Below the pieces are notes generated by a model. The model was not told the DNA's origin. It ran no database searches and saw nothing but the letters and a program-made list of their open reading frames with translations. From an uncultured delta proteobacterium (GTDB lineage Bacteria; Desulfobacterota; Desulfobacteria; Desulfobacterales; SpSt-501), in NCBI GenBank assembly GCA_963828345.1, contig CAWHEZ010000011.1, forward strand, positions 3,615 through 67,614: a stretch of 64,000 nt of DNA, in the 5' to 3' direction. Made by a program: the position numbers and the translations under genes. Position 1 is the first letter of the stretch. Each line of letters begins with the position of its first letter. Of this stretch, positions 1 to 11,142 are shown in pieces.

Positions 1-387
1 GAATGAACGGGCGAAAATCAAAATACATCCCCCGAATCTTGAGCTCGTATTCCTGCCGCTGCTCGGGGTCACTTTCGAACAGGCATTCGCCGGCGGCAAC
101 AATCTCGTAAGCGATCTCCAGAGACGAGGAGTTCAAGACCGTGGCGTCCACCTTGCGGCCCAGCGCCATTCCCATCCGGGCGGCGACCATATGAAGGGGG
201 GCCGAGCATTCAAATGCATCGGCCGCATAGGGCTCATGTTCAACGAGAAAAGCCAAGTCGATGTCGGACTCGGTGCGCTGGCGATTGCGGGCAAAAGAGC
301 CGAACAGATACACGATCCGGATGAGCCCGCGAGGATGGCCTCGGAATTCAGGCATTCGAAGACATCTCGTATGATGGTGAGAGTCAT
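1..387 (-). CDS. Minimal Pol-beta-type nucleotidyltransferase (MntA/MNT antitoxin-like), runs off the left edge; one apparent frameshift near 328
   Basis: Manual minus-strand translation, absent from the ORF track: ...LIRIVYLFGSFARNRQRTESDIDLAFLVE...LGRKVDATVLNSSSLEIAYEIVAAGECLFESDPEQRQEYE... Contains the GS-x-SDxD NTase motif. The ATG at 387 is in an adjacent frame. Confidence 0.75.
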
Positions 388-399
388 GCACGAAGATGC

Positions 400-2224
400 T
401 CAGCAGGAGGAAGGAGCGCCGTTCGAGAAATTGCTTACCGATAAGCCATGGGTTGTCAATTTGGAAGGGCATTCGGGCCGACTCTGGAATCGAAAGGGTA
501 GCGGCCACCGGCTTCGAGCGCACGCCCCGATAAGGACGCGGTCGCAGCAGGCCGCGGTGGACATGCGGTGGGTGATCACGACCATCGTACGGCCCCGCCT
601 CCACTCCTGGATCCCCTCGATCAACGCCCGTTCCGCGGCCGCGTCCAGGGCAGAGGTGGGCTCGTCCAGGATCAGGACGTCCGGGTCCATCAGGAGCGCG
701 CGCACCAGCGCGACGCGCTGCCGCTGCCCCTCCGAGAGCATCAGCCCGCCCTCGCCGACCTGGGTCCGGTAGTCCAAGGGCATTCGAAGAATATCCTCGT
801 GCAGGGCGGCCGCCCGCGCGGCGCCGGTCACCTCCGCGATGGAAGCGTCCGGGTTGCCGAAGCGCAGGTTGTCGAGGATGCTGCCGCTCGCAAGTATCGG
901 GCGCTGCGGCACGTAGCCCAGCCGCCGCCTCAGCGCGCCGATGTCGTAGGATTCGATCGGCCGCCCGTCGAAGAGTATACCGCCTGAGGACGGACGATAA
1001 AACCCCAGAACGAGTCCGGCCAGGGTGGTCTTGCCCGCCCCGCTCGGACCGACCAGGGCGACCGATTCCCCGGGACGGACGTGCAGCGAGATCCCGCTCA
1101 GGAGCGGCGGGGCGTCCGGGTAGGCGAACGACACGTCGCGCAGCTCGAGCTCGCCGCCGAGGGCAACGGCCACTGCGCCGTCGTCGCACCGACTTTCCGG
1201 CGCGCGGTCCAGGATCGACCCCATGCGCTCGAGGCTCGCCCGTGCGGCCTGGAACTGAAGGGTGACCGAGGAAAGATACTGCGCCGGGCCGAACACGTCC
1301 GACAGGTAGGCTTGGAACGCCAGCAGCGACCCGAGGGTCCACTCGCCGCGCATGATGAGAATCGCCCCGGCGGCCAGCGCGAGCACCCGGCCGGCCCCGG
1401 GCATCGACTGCAGGAACACGGCGCCGGCGGAGCCGACCACGGCCTGCTCGAGGGCGGTGCCGAGCACCCGCTCGAAGCGGGCTCTGAGCTTCGCGCCCGC
1501 GCGGCGCTCGCCCGCGGCCGCTTTCACGGCGACCACCCCGGCCAGCGTCTCCTGGAGGCAGCCGGATGCCTCCGCCTGCTGCTCGAGCCGGCGCCGGCTC
1601 AGCAGGAACGCTTTGCGGGAGAAGAACCGCAGCCCCCAGCAGAGCAGCGGCAGGAGCGCCAGCACGGCGAGCGCCATGCGCCACTCCAGGTAGACCAGGA
1701 AGCAGCCCCCTCCCAGCAGCCGCAGCGCCTGGCCGAAGGCGTTGGCGCCGGCCCCCGAGAACACGACGCGCAGGTTTTCGACGTCCTCGGTGAGGCTGCG
1801 GGTGAGAGCCCCGGTCGACCGCCGGTCGAAAAACGGCTTGGGCAGCCGCAGCACGTGCGCGACCAGGGTGTCCTGCAGGTCGGCCAGCGCGTGGGCCTGA
1901 AAGCGTGCGAAGCAGAACTCCTCGGCCAGGCGCAGGAGCTTCTCCGCGCACAGGCAGGCCGCCAGCGCGGCCAGCGCCGCGAGCAGCAGGTCGTTGCGCC
2001 CGGGGGCGATCACGTCGTCCACGAGGTGGCGCATGACCATGGGCGGCAGGAGCCCGGCGGCCGTGGACAGCCCCATGCACAGCGCGCCGGCCACGGCGTG
2101 GCGGCGGTGGCGCCGGAACCAGGGGGCCAGCCGCCGCAGCGGCCTCAGGCCGCCGGCCGGGGCGTCCCCGGCGTCGCGGGCCGCGAGCCCACGTTTCAGG
2201 ACAGCTCAACCAGTCGGCGAACAT
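400..2224 (-). CDS. ABC exporter, fused TMD + NBD (MsbA/HlyB-like)
   Basis: TM helices followed by Walker A GPSGAGKT, Q-loop YVPQ, signature LSEGQRQR, Walker B ILDEPT and H-loop. True start is probably ATG ~2224 (indel near 2200); the C-terminus may also be frameshifted. Confidence 0.85.
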
Positions 2225-3463
2225 TCTTCCCCCGGTGCGCCGGACGGCCGACGGGACGGCGCCTTTGCGGGCGGCGCCGTCCCCGGCATCTCGGGCGCGA
2301 GCAGCTCGGTGTAGAGGCGATCCAGGCGGGCGGTCATGGCGTCGAGGCTGAACTCCCGGCAGACGACCCGGCCCTCGTCGCCCATGCGGTCGGCAAGGGC
2401 CGGGTTGCCCAGCAGGAGCGAAATGCTCTCGGCCAGCTCGAGCTCGTTTTGCGGGGTGACGAGCAGCCCGTTGCGGCCGTGCCGGACCAGGTCCGGGATG
2501 CCGCCCACGCGGCTGGCCACGACCGGCCGGCCGGCCGCCATCGCCTCGACCAGCACGCGGCCCATGCCCTCGTTCAGCGAGGGCAGCACGAAGAGGTCGA
2601 AGAGCGGCATGATCGCGCGCACGTCCTCCCGCCAGCCGAGGAAGTGCACGCGGTCCCCATGCCCGGAGAACGAGGCCTGGGCGCCGAGCGCCCCTTCCAG
2701 CTCTCCGCGGCCGACGAAGACCAGGTCCACGTCCGCGTGCTCCTCCCACACCCGCGCCATGGCGTTGAGCAGGTGCTGCGGCCCCTTCACCGGCAGCAGC
2801 CAGCCGACGAACCCGACGAGGCGGCGGTCGGGATCGAGCCCGAGGGCGCGCTTGCGCTCCGCCGGGTCGGCCGGCGGCTCGGCAAAGGCGCCGACGTCGA
2901 CCCCGCTGTGGATCGTGCAGACCGTCTCCGGCCGACCGATCGCGAGCTCCACGTAGTCCCGGCGCTCGCCGCCGGTCAGCGCCACCGTGCGATCGGTGCA
3001 GCGGGCAAACCAGCGCTCGAGGGCCAGGAACAGCGCCGACCGGAACCGCCCGAAGTGCCCGGAGAACACGTGACCGTGCGGGGTGTGGACCACGCGCGGG
3101 ACCCCCGCCAGTCGCGCGGCCATCCGCCCGAGGATGCCGGCCTTGGAGGTGTGGGTGTGGACGAGGTCGGGCCGCTCGCGCCGGATGACCCACCACAGGC
3201 GCAGCAGCGCGACCAGGTCCCAGAACGGGTGAATGCGGCGCACGAGCGAGCGCATCGGGACGAAGCGGGCCCCGCGCGTTGCCGGCAGAGTGTTTGAGCT
3301 GCTCGACGGCCGCCTGCTCGGACTCCGACATGCGGCTTTCGCCCGCCAGGCCGTGCACGAGCACGGTCTCGTAACGGTGGGCGAGCTCGCGGCAGGTCAA
3401 GAGCGTGTTCTGCGCGGAGCCGCCCATGTCCAGACGGGTGAGGATGTGCAGGATTTTCGGCAT
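2206..3463 (-). CDS. Glycosyltransferase family 4 (frameshift near 3275)
   Basis: N-terminus MPKILHILTRLDMGGSAQ from ATG 3463; later HTHTSKAG and PSLNEGMGRVLVEAMAAG (EX7E). Confidence 0.88.
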
Positions 3464-3586
3464 GGGGGCGGCAGCGGATTCAGTCTCAGCTCTGGCATCG
3501 GACGGGAGTCCACTGGTTGAGGAAGATATCGGCGACAAACGAGAGTCAAGCGGCGCATGGATATGCTGAAGCGACTCCGACCCCCA

Positions 3587-4552
3587 TCAGTCTGGCATCA
3601 GGCTGCTGCCTTTTTTCAGCGCAATGGCCAACAGCAAGACGCATACGCAATAGAGGGTGAAGAAAAAGGCCAGGGGCTCCCTTCCAATGACCCAGCCATA
3701 CGAGACTAAGAGCGGAAAGTGGACCAGGTAGATTTCGTAGGAGTGTTCGCCGATAAAGCGCACGAATCGCGGTACTAACCTTATTTGATCCAAGTAGAAG
3801 ATGGAGATGGCGATGAAAGCGACAAAAAAAAGAGTCCGCCCCACAGGCATCGCGACAAACAATCCGGCCATCGCGACCCACAAGAGGACGAGAACCCATC
3901 CGAATCGCCTCGAAAGCAATTGGAGCCTGTTGATGAATACCCGTCGGCCGGCCATGAGACAGACCGATAAAGGAAAAGCGAACGTGTATGTCGTCCATCC
4001 GCCGAAATAATCCGATAGAACCGGAACGCGGGTGATCAGCACCGTCGTGCCGAACGAGGTCAGGACCAGGAGAACGCATTTGGCCAGGCATGGATGCGGG
4101 AGTATTCGAGATCAGGAAAAAGACCCCGTAGAGATATAGAATAAACGGGATGAACCAGAGAGTCGCGTTGGGCGGAGCTTTTTTAATGATTCCGGCGAAG
4201 CTCAAGCGCGATTTCGTGCCATGGGTATGTCTGTATCCAACAGGGAGAGGTCTAAGCAGGTAAAACGGCTGGCAGAATAAGCCAGAGCGGAATGAAAATT
4301 ACTGGACAGTCGTCTTCGGATGAATCTCACCCCACATCGGCTGAACTCATAGGATTTGGTCAACCCCATCCCCGAGACGATGAGGAAGGTCATCACCGCC
4401 CATTCGCCGCACTGGCCGAATGAGTCCGCGTCCCGCCGATGCAGAAAAAATAGAAATGGCCGGCAAAAGAGAAGACCGATGGCCATCGCTCTCAATGCCT
4501 GCGCGGTAGAACGGGTGAAGTAATCCGGCGCAGGAGAAGCGGCGCTGACACG
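3587..4552 (-). CDS. Acyltransferase family 3 (OafA-like O-acyltransferase), several frameshifts
   Basis: Fragments LRAMAI, AVMTFLIVSGMGLTKSY, NATLWFIPFI and FIGEHSYEIYLVH in different frames; hydrophobic; visibly more AT-rich than the flanks. Confidence 0.7.
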
Positions 4553-4558
4553 GATCGG

Positions 4559-5492
4559 TCACGGCTTTCGCGCCCAGACCAGCAACGAGGGCCCGACGAT
4601 CCACCGGGAGCTGCTGAGCCGGAAGAGCAGATCCGATGCCGCACCTGCCATCGATTTGCCGATGCCGATGAGCGCATCCCTCCGGCCGTAGCGGTAGGGG
4701 CTGCCGGCCGTCAACGGGGAGTTCTGAATCCGGATGTCTGAGAACCCCTGGGCCGCCAGCATCCGCTCAAGCGCGTCGGGCGTAAACGTCCAGCGGTGAA
4801 AGACGTGCAGCGGCCGATGAGCGAACTTCGGGCACAATCGACGGATCCTGAAAAACCAGCGGCAGAGCCAGAGCTGGTGGGTTAGATTGCGGACGCGGAT
4901 GCCGACGATCCCACCGGGCGCCAGAATCCGGTAGCATTCCGCGATTTCTGCGGGAGGATCCTCCACATGGCAGAGGACATCCCAGAGCGTCACGGCATCG
5001 AGGCTCGCAGCGGGCAGCCCGGCGGAGCCGAGGTCCCCGCAGTGCAGCTCGGCACCCGGCACCCGGAGCCTGGCCGAGTCGACCGCCTCCGGCACGATTT
5101 CAACCCCCTCGGCTCCCACCCGCGATGCCTTGGCCTTCTCCAGGAAATAGCCGTAGCCGCACCCCACATCCAGCAGCCGCCTGGCGGTCACGCGGCATCG
5201 CTGCTCGCGAGGTGTTGCAGGGCGTGCCGATAGAAGCCGGCCTTCGAAGCGGCGACCTTCGCGTGCGGGTCCACCGAACGGTAGTGCCGGACCATGGTCT
5301 CGCGGTCGTCCGGGCTGTCCGCGGCATCCTGAAACAGGAGCCCGCAGATCCGGCAGCGGCGCCCCTGCGGTCTTGATTCGGGCGGCAGCGGCGTCAGCGC
5401 CGCCCCGCAGGCCGGGCACGGAGCGGCGAGGCTCCAGCCCCGTCAACGGCAACCTGCGTGCCCCGCACCGATCGACCGCCCGTTCTCATCAT
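4559..5492 (-). CDS. Class I SAM-dependent methyltransferase with N-terminal CxxC..CxxC (frameshifted)
   Basis: LLDVGCGYG motif I and DAVTLWDVLCHV; an alternate frame gives PCPACG...RCRICGLLF. Similar to the gene at 10321-11142. Confidence 0.8.
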
Positions 5493-5493
5493 C

Positions 5494-7395
5494 TCATGCA
5501 TGCGCTTCCTGCCATTGCTGGAAAACGATCAGGTTCCAGAGCGCCCAGGCGGTGTCGGTCCGCCGCTCGCGGTGGCTGCGGACCAGTCCTGAACGACGTC
5601 GGCCTCGAAAATGCCCTGGTCGCGGATGCGCTCCTCGCTCAGGTAGCGGTCGACCAGGAACTTCAGCTCGGTCCGGAGCCAGCGGCTGATCGGGACCTCG
5701 AACCCGGATTTCGGCAGCCGGGTGTGACCCGGCGGCAGCAGCGACGCGAAGGCCTCCTTGAGCACGCGCTTGGTGACGCCCCCGCGCAGTTTCTCGGCCC
5801 CGGGGATCCGGAACGCGAGCTCGACCACGCGGTGGTCGAGCAGCGGCACGCGCACCTCGAGCGAGTGGGCCATGCTCATCAGGTCGACCTTGGTCAGCAT
5901 GTCGCCGGGTAGGCAATCGATCAGGTCGGTGGCGAGCATGCGGTTGACGGCATCCCCCGTGCAGCGGCCGAGCAGCTGCCGGACCCAGGCGAGCGCCGGG
6001 TCGGCGCCGCTGACGCCGCCCCGGACGAGCCGTTGCCGGACATCCGCGGGCGAGATTTCCTTGAGTGCCAGCAGCCGCTCGTCGAAAGGCCCCTTCGCGG
6101 CGCGGATGAACTTCTTGACCCGGCGCAGGGTCTCCCCGACGCGGCTCTCGCGCGAGTCGGGCAGCGCGGCGATCACCGGCTCGATGACCGACTCCCGCAG
6201 CAGGGCCGGCACCAGGTGGTAGCGCGCCCGCCAGCCCTCGGCGAGATAGGAGCGGTAGCCGCCGAAGAGCTCGTCGCCGCCGTCCCCCGAGAGGGCGACC
6301 TTCACGTGGCGCCGGGTTTCGCGCGCCACCAGGAAGGTCGGGATGGCCGAAGAGTCCGCGAAGGGCTCGGCGGAGGCGCCGAACACCCCGGGCAGCGCGT
6401 CCAGCATGTCCTGTTGGCGGACGCGGATCTCGTGGTGCTCCGTGCCGTACATCGCCGCCACCCGGCGCGCGGCCGCGGTTTCGTCGTACAGCCCGTCGCC
6501 GTCGAACCCGATCGTGAAGGTCTTGACCGGCGACTGCGACAGCCGGGCCATCAGCGCCACCACGATGCCGGAGTCGACCCCGCCGCTCAGGAAGGCGCCG
6601 ACGGGCACGTCGGCCAGCATGCAGCCGGCCACGGCCTCGGACAGCAGGTCGACCAGCCGGCTGCGGCCGGTCGGGTCCGCGGGCTCCGCCTCCTCCGCGG
6701 GGTGCGGGCAGGCCCCAGTAGCGCGAGATCTCGACCCGGCCGCCTTCGAGCACGAGCGAGCAGCCGGGCTCGAGCTTGCGGATCCCCGCGAACATCGTCC
6801 GCGGGGCCGGCACATAATTGAAGGCCAGGTAGAGCATGAGCGCTTCGCGGTCGAGGGTCCGGTCGACCGCCGGGTCCGTCAGCAGCGCCCGGATCTCCGA
6901 GGCGAAGAGCAGGCGGCCGCCGTCCCAGGAGTAGACCAGCGGCTTGATCCCGATGCGGTCGCGGCAGAGCCATAGACGCCGCCGTCTCTCGTCCCAGAGG
7001 CCGAAGGCGAACATGCCGTTCAGGCGCCGGACGGCCTCGACACCCTCCTCCTCGTAGAGGTGAACGACGACCTCGGTGTCCGAGTCGCTGCGGAAACGGT
7101 GCCCCTTGGCCTCGAGCTCGCGGCGCAGCGCCTTGTAGTTGTAGATCTCGCCGTTGTAGGTCAGCCGGATCGTCCCGTCCTCGTTGGCCATGGGCTGGCG
7201 CGCCGCGGGCGAGAGGTCGATGATCGACAGGCGCCGGTGCCCGAGGCCGACGTGGAGGCCGGCCGCGGGGACCCCGCCCAGGTGCAGGCCGGCGTCGTCC
7301 GGCCCGCGCGCCGCGAGAGCCGCACACATGCCCCGAATCCGGTCCTCCGGGACCGGACGGTTGAGAAGGTCGATGTGGCCGCAGATGCCGCACAT
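5494..7395 (-). CDS. asnB: Asparagine synthase (glutamine-hydrolyzing)-like glycan amidotransferase; frameshifts near 6690 and 5590
   Basis: MCGICG Ntn start, GHRRLSIIDL, NGEIYN, RDRIGIKPL; next frame gives FLSGGVDS, SGDGGDELFGGY, KVDLMSMAHSLEVRVPLLD. Confidence 0.9.
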   Translation of the reverse strand: MCGICGHIDLLNRPVPEDRIRGMCAALAARGPDDAGLHLGGVPAAGLHVGLGHRRLSIIDLSPAARQPMANEDGTIRLTYNGEIYNYKALRRELEAKGHRFRSDSDTEVVVHLYEEEGVEAVRRLNGMFAFGLWDERRRRLWLCRDRIGIKPLVYSWDGGRLLFASEIRALLTDPAVDRTLDREALMLYLAFNYVPAPRTMFAGIRKLEPGCSLVLEGGRVEISRYWGLPAPRGGGGARGPDRPQPAGRPAVRGRGRLHAGRRARRRLPERRGRLRHRGGADGPAVAVAGQDLHDRVRRRRAVRRNRGRAPGGGDVRHGAPRDPRPPTGHAGRAARGVRRLRRALRGLFGHPDLPGGARNPAPREGRPLGGRRRRALRRLPLLSRRGLAGALPPGAGPAAGVGHRAGDRRAARLAREPRRGDPAPGQEVHPRREGAFRRAAAGTQGNLARGCPATARPGRRQRRRPGARLGPAAARPLHGGCRQPHARHRPDRLPTRRHADQGRPDEHGPLARGARAAARPPRGRARVPDPRGRETARGRHQARAQGGLRVAAAAGSHPAAEIRVRGPDQPLAPDRAEVPGRPLPERGAHPRPGHFRGRRRSGLVRSHRERRTDTAWALWNLIVFQQWQEAHA

Positions 7396-8552
7396 GACTT
7401 CAACCGGCCTCCGAGATTGCGGTCGGCGGCATTCACGGGCGATGCCGTCTTCAAGAAGATCGCAGTGCGGCCGCCACCACATCCGGACGGGGAAATCGCT
7501 CTCGAGACATATCGGGCGTGAGCACAGTTGGCTTGCTGGCAGGGACGGCAGGCGCACCGGCTTTTGCAGCACGCGACTTCGTTCCGGCAATGCGTAGGGT
7601 CCGAAAAGCGCCGGGCTCCTCCGGCCCGAAGACGGCCACGACCGGCACCTTCAAGAGCCGCCGCGATGTGCATGGGACCGCTGTCGTTGGTGATCAGCAG
7701 GTCGCAGCGGCTGAGGAAGTACGGTAACTCGTGCAGGGACAAGCGGCCGACCAGGTTCACGGCGGTCCCGTTGAGGGATTCCTGTATGGCCGCTGCGACG
7801 GACTCCTCGCCCGGTCCGCCGAAAATGAGAACTCGGGCACCGATCAGATCCGCCAGGCTCCGCGCGACGGCTGCAAAATTCGCAGCGGGCCAGCGTCGGT
7901 TGACGCGGTCGCCGCCGGGGTTGATCCCGATCAGTCTTTCCCGCATGCCCCTGGATGTCGAGGCGCCACCAAACCGTCCCATCGCGTCTTTGCCGTCGGC
8001 GACGGGGACTTCTATCCCCAAATCGTCGTCTCGGCCGCCGATGGCACAGGCGACCTCGGTCATCGCATTGACCCGATGTGTGCCGAAGAACACGCGTTCC
8101 GGCACATGGGTATTCAGAAGCAAACGCATAAACCCGTGAGCGTGCCCGGCCTTCAGACGCGCTCTTATCAGGCTGAAGAGGAGAGCCATTCTGGCAGACC
8201 CGACCCATGAGCACACCGGATAGAAATTGGCAACGATGTCATAACGGGTTCGGCGCAGCTGCCGCAGCACGTCCACGAAGGGCCGAACCGGAAACCTTTG
8301 GCCTCGCAGCTCCCGGATGGGAAAAACGAAAACCCGGTCTATGCCAGAGTATCTCCGGGCGAAAATGGCTCCTTCCGAGCTGGTCAGGAGGTGAATCGCC
8401 GCGCCGGGATGCCCTCTGCGGACAGCGCGGATGGCCCGTGTGGCCATGACGAAATCACCGATGCCGGCGACCAGGATCAACAGGATGGTCGGCACGGCTT
8501 GGATCGATTTCGTTTCAGATGTTTGCTCGGCTGACAGTCGCAAGGGAGACAC
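7392..8552 (-). CDS. Glycosyltransferase family 9 (heptosyltransferase-like), C-terminal frameshifts
   Basis: GIGDFVM, INPGG..NRRWP, ITNDSGPMHIAAA, then PVVAVFGP in another frame. Confidence 0.85.
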
Positions 8553-8565
8553 CGGATGGGGGACT

Positions 8566-10320
8566 TCACTTGGTCAACACGGCATGCACGGAAAGCGCTG
8601 GAAACACCCGTAGAGGGCTCTGCTCATAGGCGTCGGGGAATCGATTGAACAGCGGCTCCAGTATCCGGTTCCAGACCGAAAGCCGCTTGCCGAACTCCAG
8701 CCGCGTCGTGCATTCCGAGAACTTGAAATCGAAATAGCCGCAATCGCGCGTGTAGTAGCCGAAGGTGTTGTAGCCGAAGAAATGGCGGTGTGTCGGATCC
8801 TGATAGGCCAGCTGCCAGGTGAAATGAGGCACCTCGATCCTGACGCAACCCCCGCGTACGAGGATGCGATGGATTTCGCGCATGGCCCGGTTGTGGTCGA
8901 CCAGGTGTTCCAGACAATGGCTCATGGTGATGGCTTCAACGGATTCGTCCCGAAAGGGCCACGGGTAGCGATCCAGGTCGCAAATGAGATCAACGCCCGT
9001 TGCGCGTCGATTCTTGTCGACGTTTATGAACCCTTGCAGCGGTTTGCCGCCAGATCCAAGGTTCAGTTTCATGGCAGTGCGTACGACGGACTCTCGACTG
9101 ACCCACACCCCCCGACCGTACGGCGGCTGGGGTTCAGCCGTGCGAGAGGGTTTAGCTGCTGAGCGGATTACGGTCGGAGCGGGCCGGTGGCGCACCATGG
9201 GCAGCAATGCGCTCAGCGCCGCCTTGGGATTGATCATCCGCATGCAGGCGTGATCTTCCCGCTCGCAAATGCCTCGATTGCATCCTATGCAGTCGAGACG
9301 GTCTTGGCGCATCACGATATGGTGCTGGCCGATCGGCATCCAACGGTCCTTTTCGGTTGGGCCCATGAACGAGAGCGTCGGCACGCCTAATGCGGCGGCG
9401 ATGTGAAGCGGCCCAGAGTTGTTGCACACCAGGGCGGTTGTCTCTGCGACCACGGCAGCCATCTGGCGCAGGCCGAAGCTTTCGCAAACGATCACTCTTT
9501 CGCCAACGGACGTTTTGAAGAACCGAACCAGGTCCTGTTCGCCAGGACCTCCAACGACGAGAACATCGCAGTCGTGGCCATGTAGCCCGCGAGCCAGTTC
9601 GGCGAAATACTCGACCGGCCAGCGCTGCGAAGGATAGTGTGCTCCGAGGTGGAAGCCGACCAGCGGACGGCCGCCCAGCCGCCTATTGGCCAGCCACCGC
9701 TTGGCCTCATCACGTTCCTGGTCTAGCAGGCAAATGCCCGGCGAACACCCGGCGGGCGCTGCCTGCAGCTGTCGCGTCGTCTCCAACACCAGTTCCGCGA
9801 TGTGCCAGCCTTCCTCCATCCTGCACAGCCGGTTGAAGAACACCTCCCGTCCGTAGCCCGAGAACCCGATTCGAATCGGGGCTCGGCTGAGAAAGGCGAT
9901 CAGGGCGGTGTGAAGGTCGTGGCCGGTCATGGGATCGATGGCGACGTCATAACCGTTCCGGGCGAGTCGAGCGGCACGGCGCAGAAATCCGGACGACCCG
10001 AAGCCTGATCTATGTCTGTTCCAGACGATCACGTGGTCGACGTAGGGGTCGTGCCGCAGCAAGGACGCGTTGGACCGACTGGCCAGCACGGTCAGGCGCG
10101 ATGCCGGGAATGCCCTCTTGAGCTCACGAAAAGCGGGGATAGACAGCACCATGTCGCCGATGCGGTCGACCCGGATGAAGAGAATGTTGCGTGGCTCCAC
10201 GGGTGCCGCCGCGGCCATGGCCGATCCCAGCCGCGGAATCCGCCCGCCGGCGGTCAACAATACCTTGCGGGCCTTGAGATACGCGTTCTTCACGAAGCCC
10301 CTTGCAGTTGATCCCGACAT
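8566..10320 (-). CDS. GT9 glycosyltransferase (10320 to ~9190) in frame with a SAM methyltransferase domain (ATG 9072 to 8566); either a fusion or two genes
   Basis: RIGDMVL, GAHYPSQRWP, CNNSGPLHIAAALGVP and C-terminal CxxC..C..C; then MKLNLGSG..GFINVD..SHCLEHL..DPTH. Confidence 0.8.
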   Translation of the reverse strand: MSGSTARGFVKNAYLKARKVLLTAGGRIPRLGSAMAAAAPVEPRNILFIRVDRIGDMVLSIPAFRELKRAFPASRLTVLASRSNASLLRHDPYVDHVIVWNRHRSGFGSSGFLRRAARLARNGYDVAIDPMTGHDLHTALIAFLSRAPIRIGFSGYGREVFFNRLCRMEEGWHIAELVLETTRQLQAAPAGCSPGICLLDQERDEAKRWLANRRLGGRPLVGFHLGAHYPSQRWPVEYFAELARGLHGHDCDVLVVGGPGEQDLVRFFKTSVGERVIVCESFGLRQMAAVVAETTALVCNNSGPLHIAAALGVPTLSFMGPTEKDRWMPIGQHHIVMRQDRLDCIGCNRGICEREDHACMRMINPKAALSALLPMVRHRPAPTVIRSAAKPSRTAEPQPPYGRGVWVSRESVVRTAMKLNLGSGGKPLQGFINVDKNRRATGVDLICDLDRYPWPFRDESVEAITMSHCLEHLVDHNRAMREIHRILVRGGCVRIEVPHFTWQLAYQDPTHRHFFGYNTFGYYTRDCGYFDFKFSECTTRLEFGKRLSVWNRILEPLFNRFPDAYEQSPLRVFPALSVHAVLTK

Positions 10321-11142
10321 TCAGACCGCCTGCGCAATCGTTAGAATCGAGTTGTACCAGTGGCGGTTGAAACACCGCGACATGGCCACCGCCACGCAGT
10401 TGATGAACTGCTTGGAACGCTCGACGATGCCGTAATCCGGACCGACCTCGATGCTCGCAAACCCGGCGCGGCCGAGGAGCCGCTCGATGCTTGAAGCCGA
10501 GAAGTGGAAGAGGTGCAGTTCCTTGTCCTCAAGCGAAAAGAGGTGAGGGCGGCGGCGCTTGACGATGCGATAGGCTGCCTGCATGATGCGGTCGTCGACG
10601 TTCGGCACGGCCACTACCAACCACCCGCCGGGTTTCACCACGCGCCGGACCTCCTCCAAGACCCGCAGCGGCGCCCTAACGTGCTCGAGGACGTGCCAGA
10701 GCGTGACCACGTCATAGCTCTGTGCAGGAAATCCGGCATCCCATATCTCTCCGCGGAAAATGGTGTGCCCTGACCGTCGCGAGGCGTGATCGGCGGCCCA
10801 AGCCGAGACCTCTGTGCCGTCAACCGCCCACCCCCTCCGCAGCGCGTGATCCAGGAACGCACCGTCCCCGCAACCGACATCCAGCAGGCGGCCTGGGCCG
10901 GCGAAGCGTTCGATGATGTCCATTCGCTGCGCCCACATGCGCTCCCGTCTTGTTTTCTGATTCGATATCCATTCGGCGTAGTACTCCTGGCCATAATGCC
11001 GATGCAAAGCTGCGGGGTCGGGGACAGGGTCGACGTAGACCAAGCCGCACCCCGAGCAGCGCACGACGCGGTGGGGCGGCTCGGCGTGCTCGAGGATGCG
11101 GCCGGAAGCACATCGGCAGATTGGGCAAGGGGGCACCTGCAT
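10321..11142 (-). CDS. Class I SAM-dependent methyltransferase with N-terminal Zn-ribbon-like motif
   Basis: CPIC...CSGCGLVY, LLDVGCGDG, DVVTLWHVLEHV, KPGG. Confidence 0.88.
   Translation of the reverse strand: MQVPPCPICRCASGRILEHAEPPHRVVRCSGCGLVYVDPVPDPAALHRHYGQEYYAEWISNQKTRRERMWAQRMDIIERFAGPGRLLDVGCGDGAFLDHALRRGWAVDGTEVSAWAADHASRRSGHTIFRGEIWDAGFPAQSYDVVTLWHVLEHVRAPLRVLEEVRRVVKPGGWLVVAVPNVDDRIMQAAYRIVKRRRPHLFSLEDKELHLFHFSASSIERLLGRAGFASIEVGPDYGIVERSKQFINCVAVAMSRCFNRHWYNSILTIAQAV

Noticed and set aside
400-7395. Lasso-peptide cluster (AsnB-like + ABC exporter + nucleotidyltransferase)
   Set aside because: The AsnB has an intact N-terminal Cys glutaminase domain and sits among glycosyltransferases. 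No B1/PqqD, B2 protease or precursor peptide is visible.
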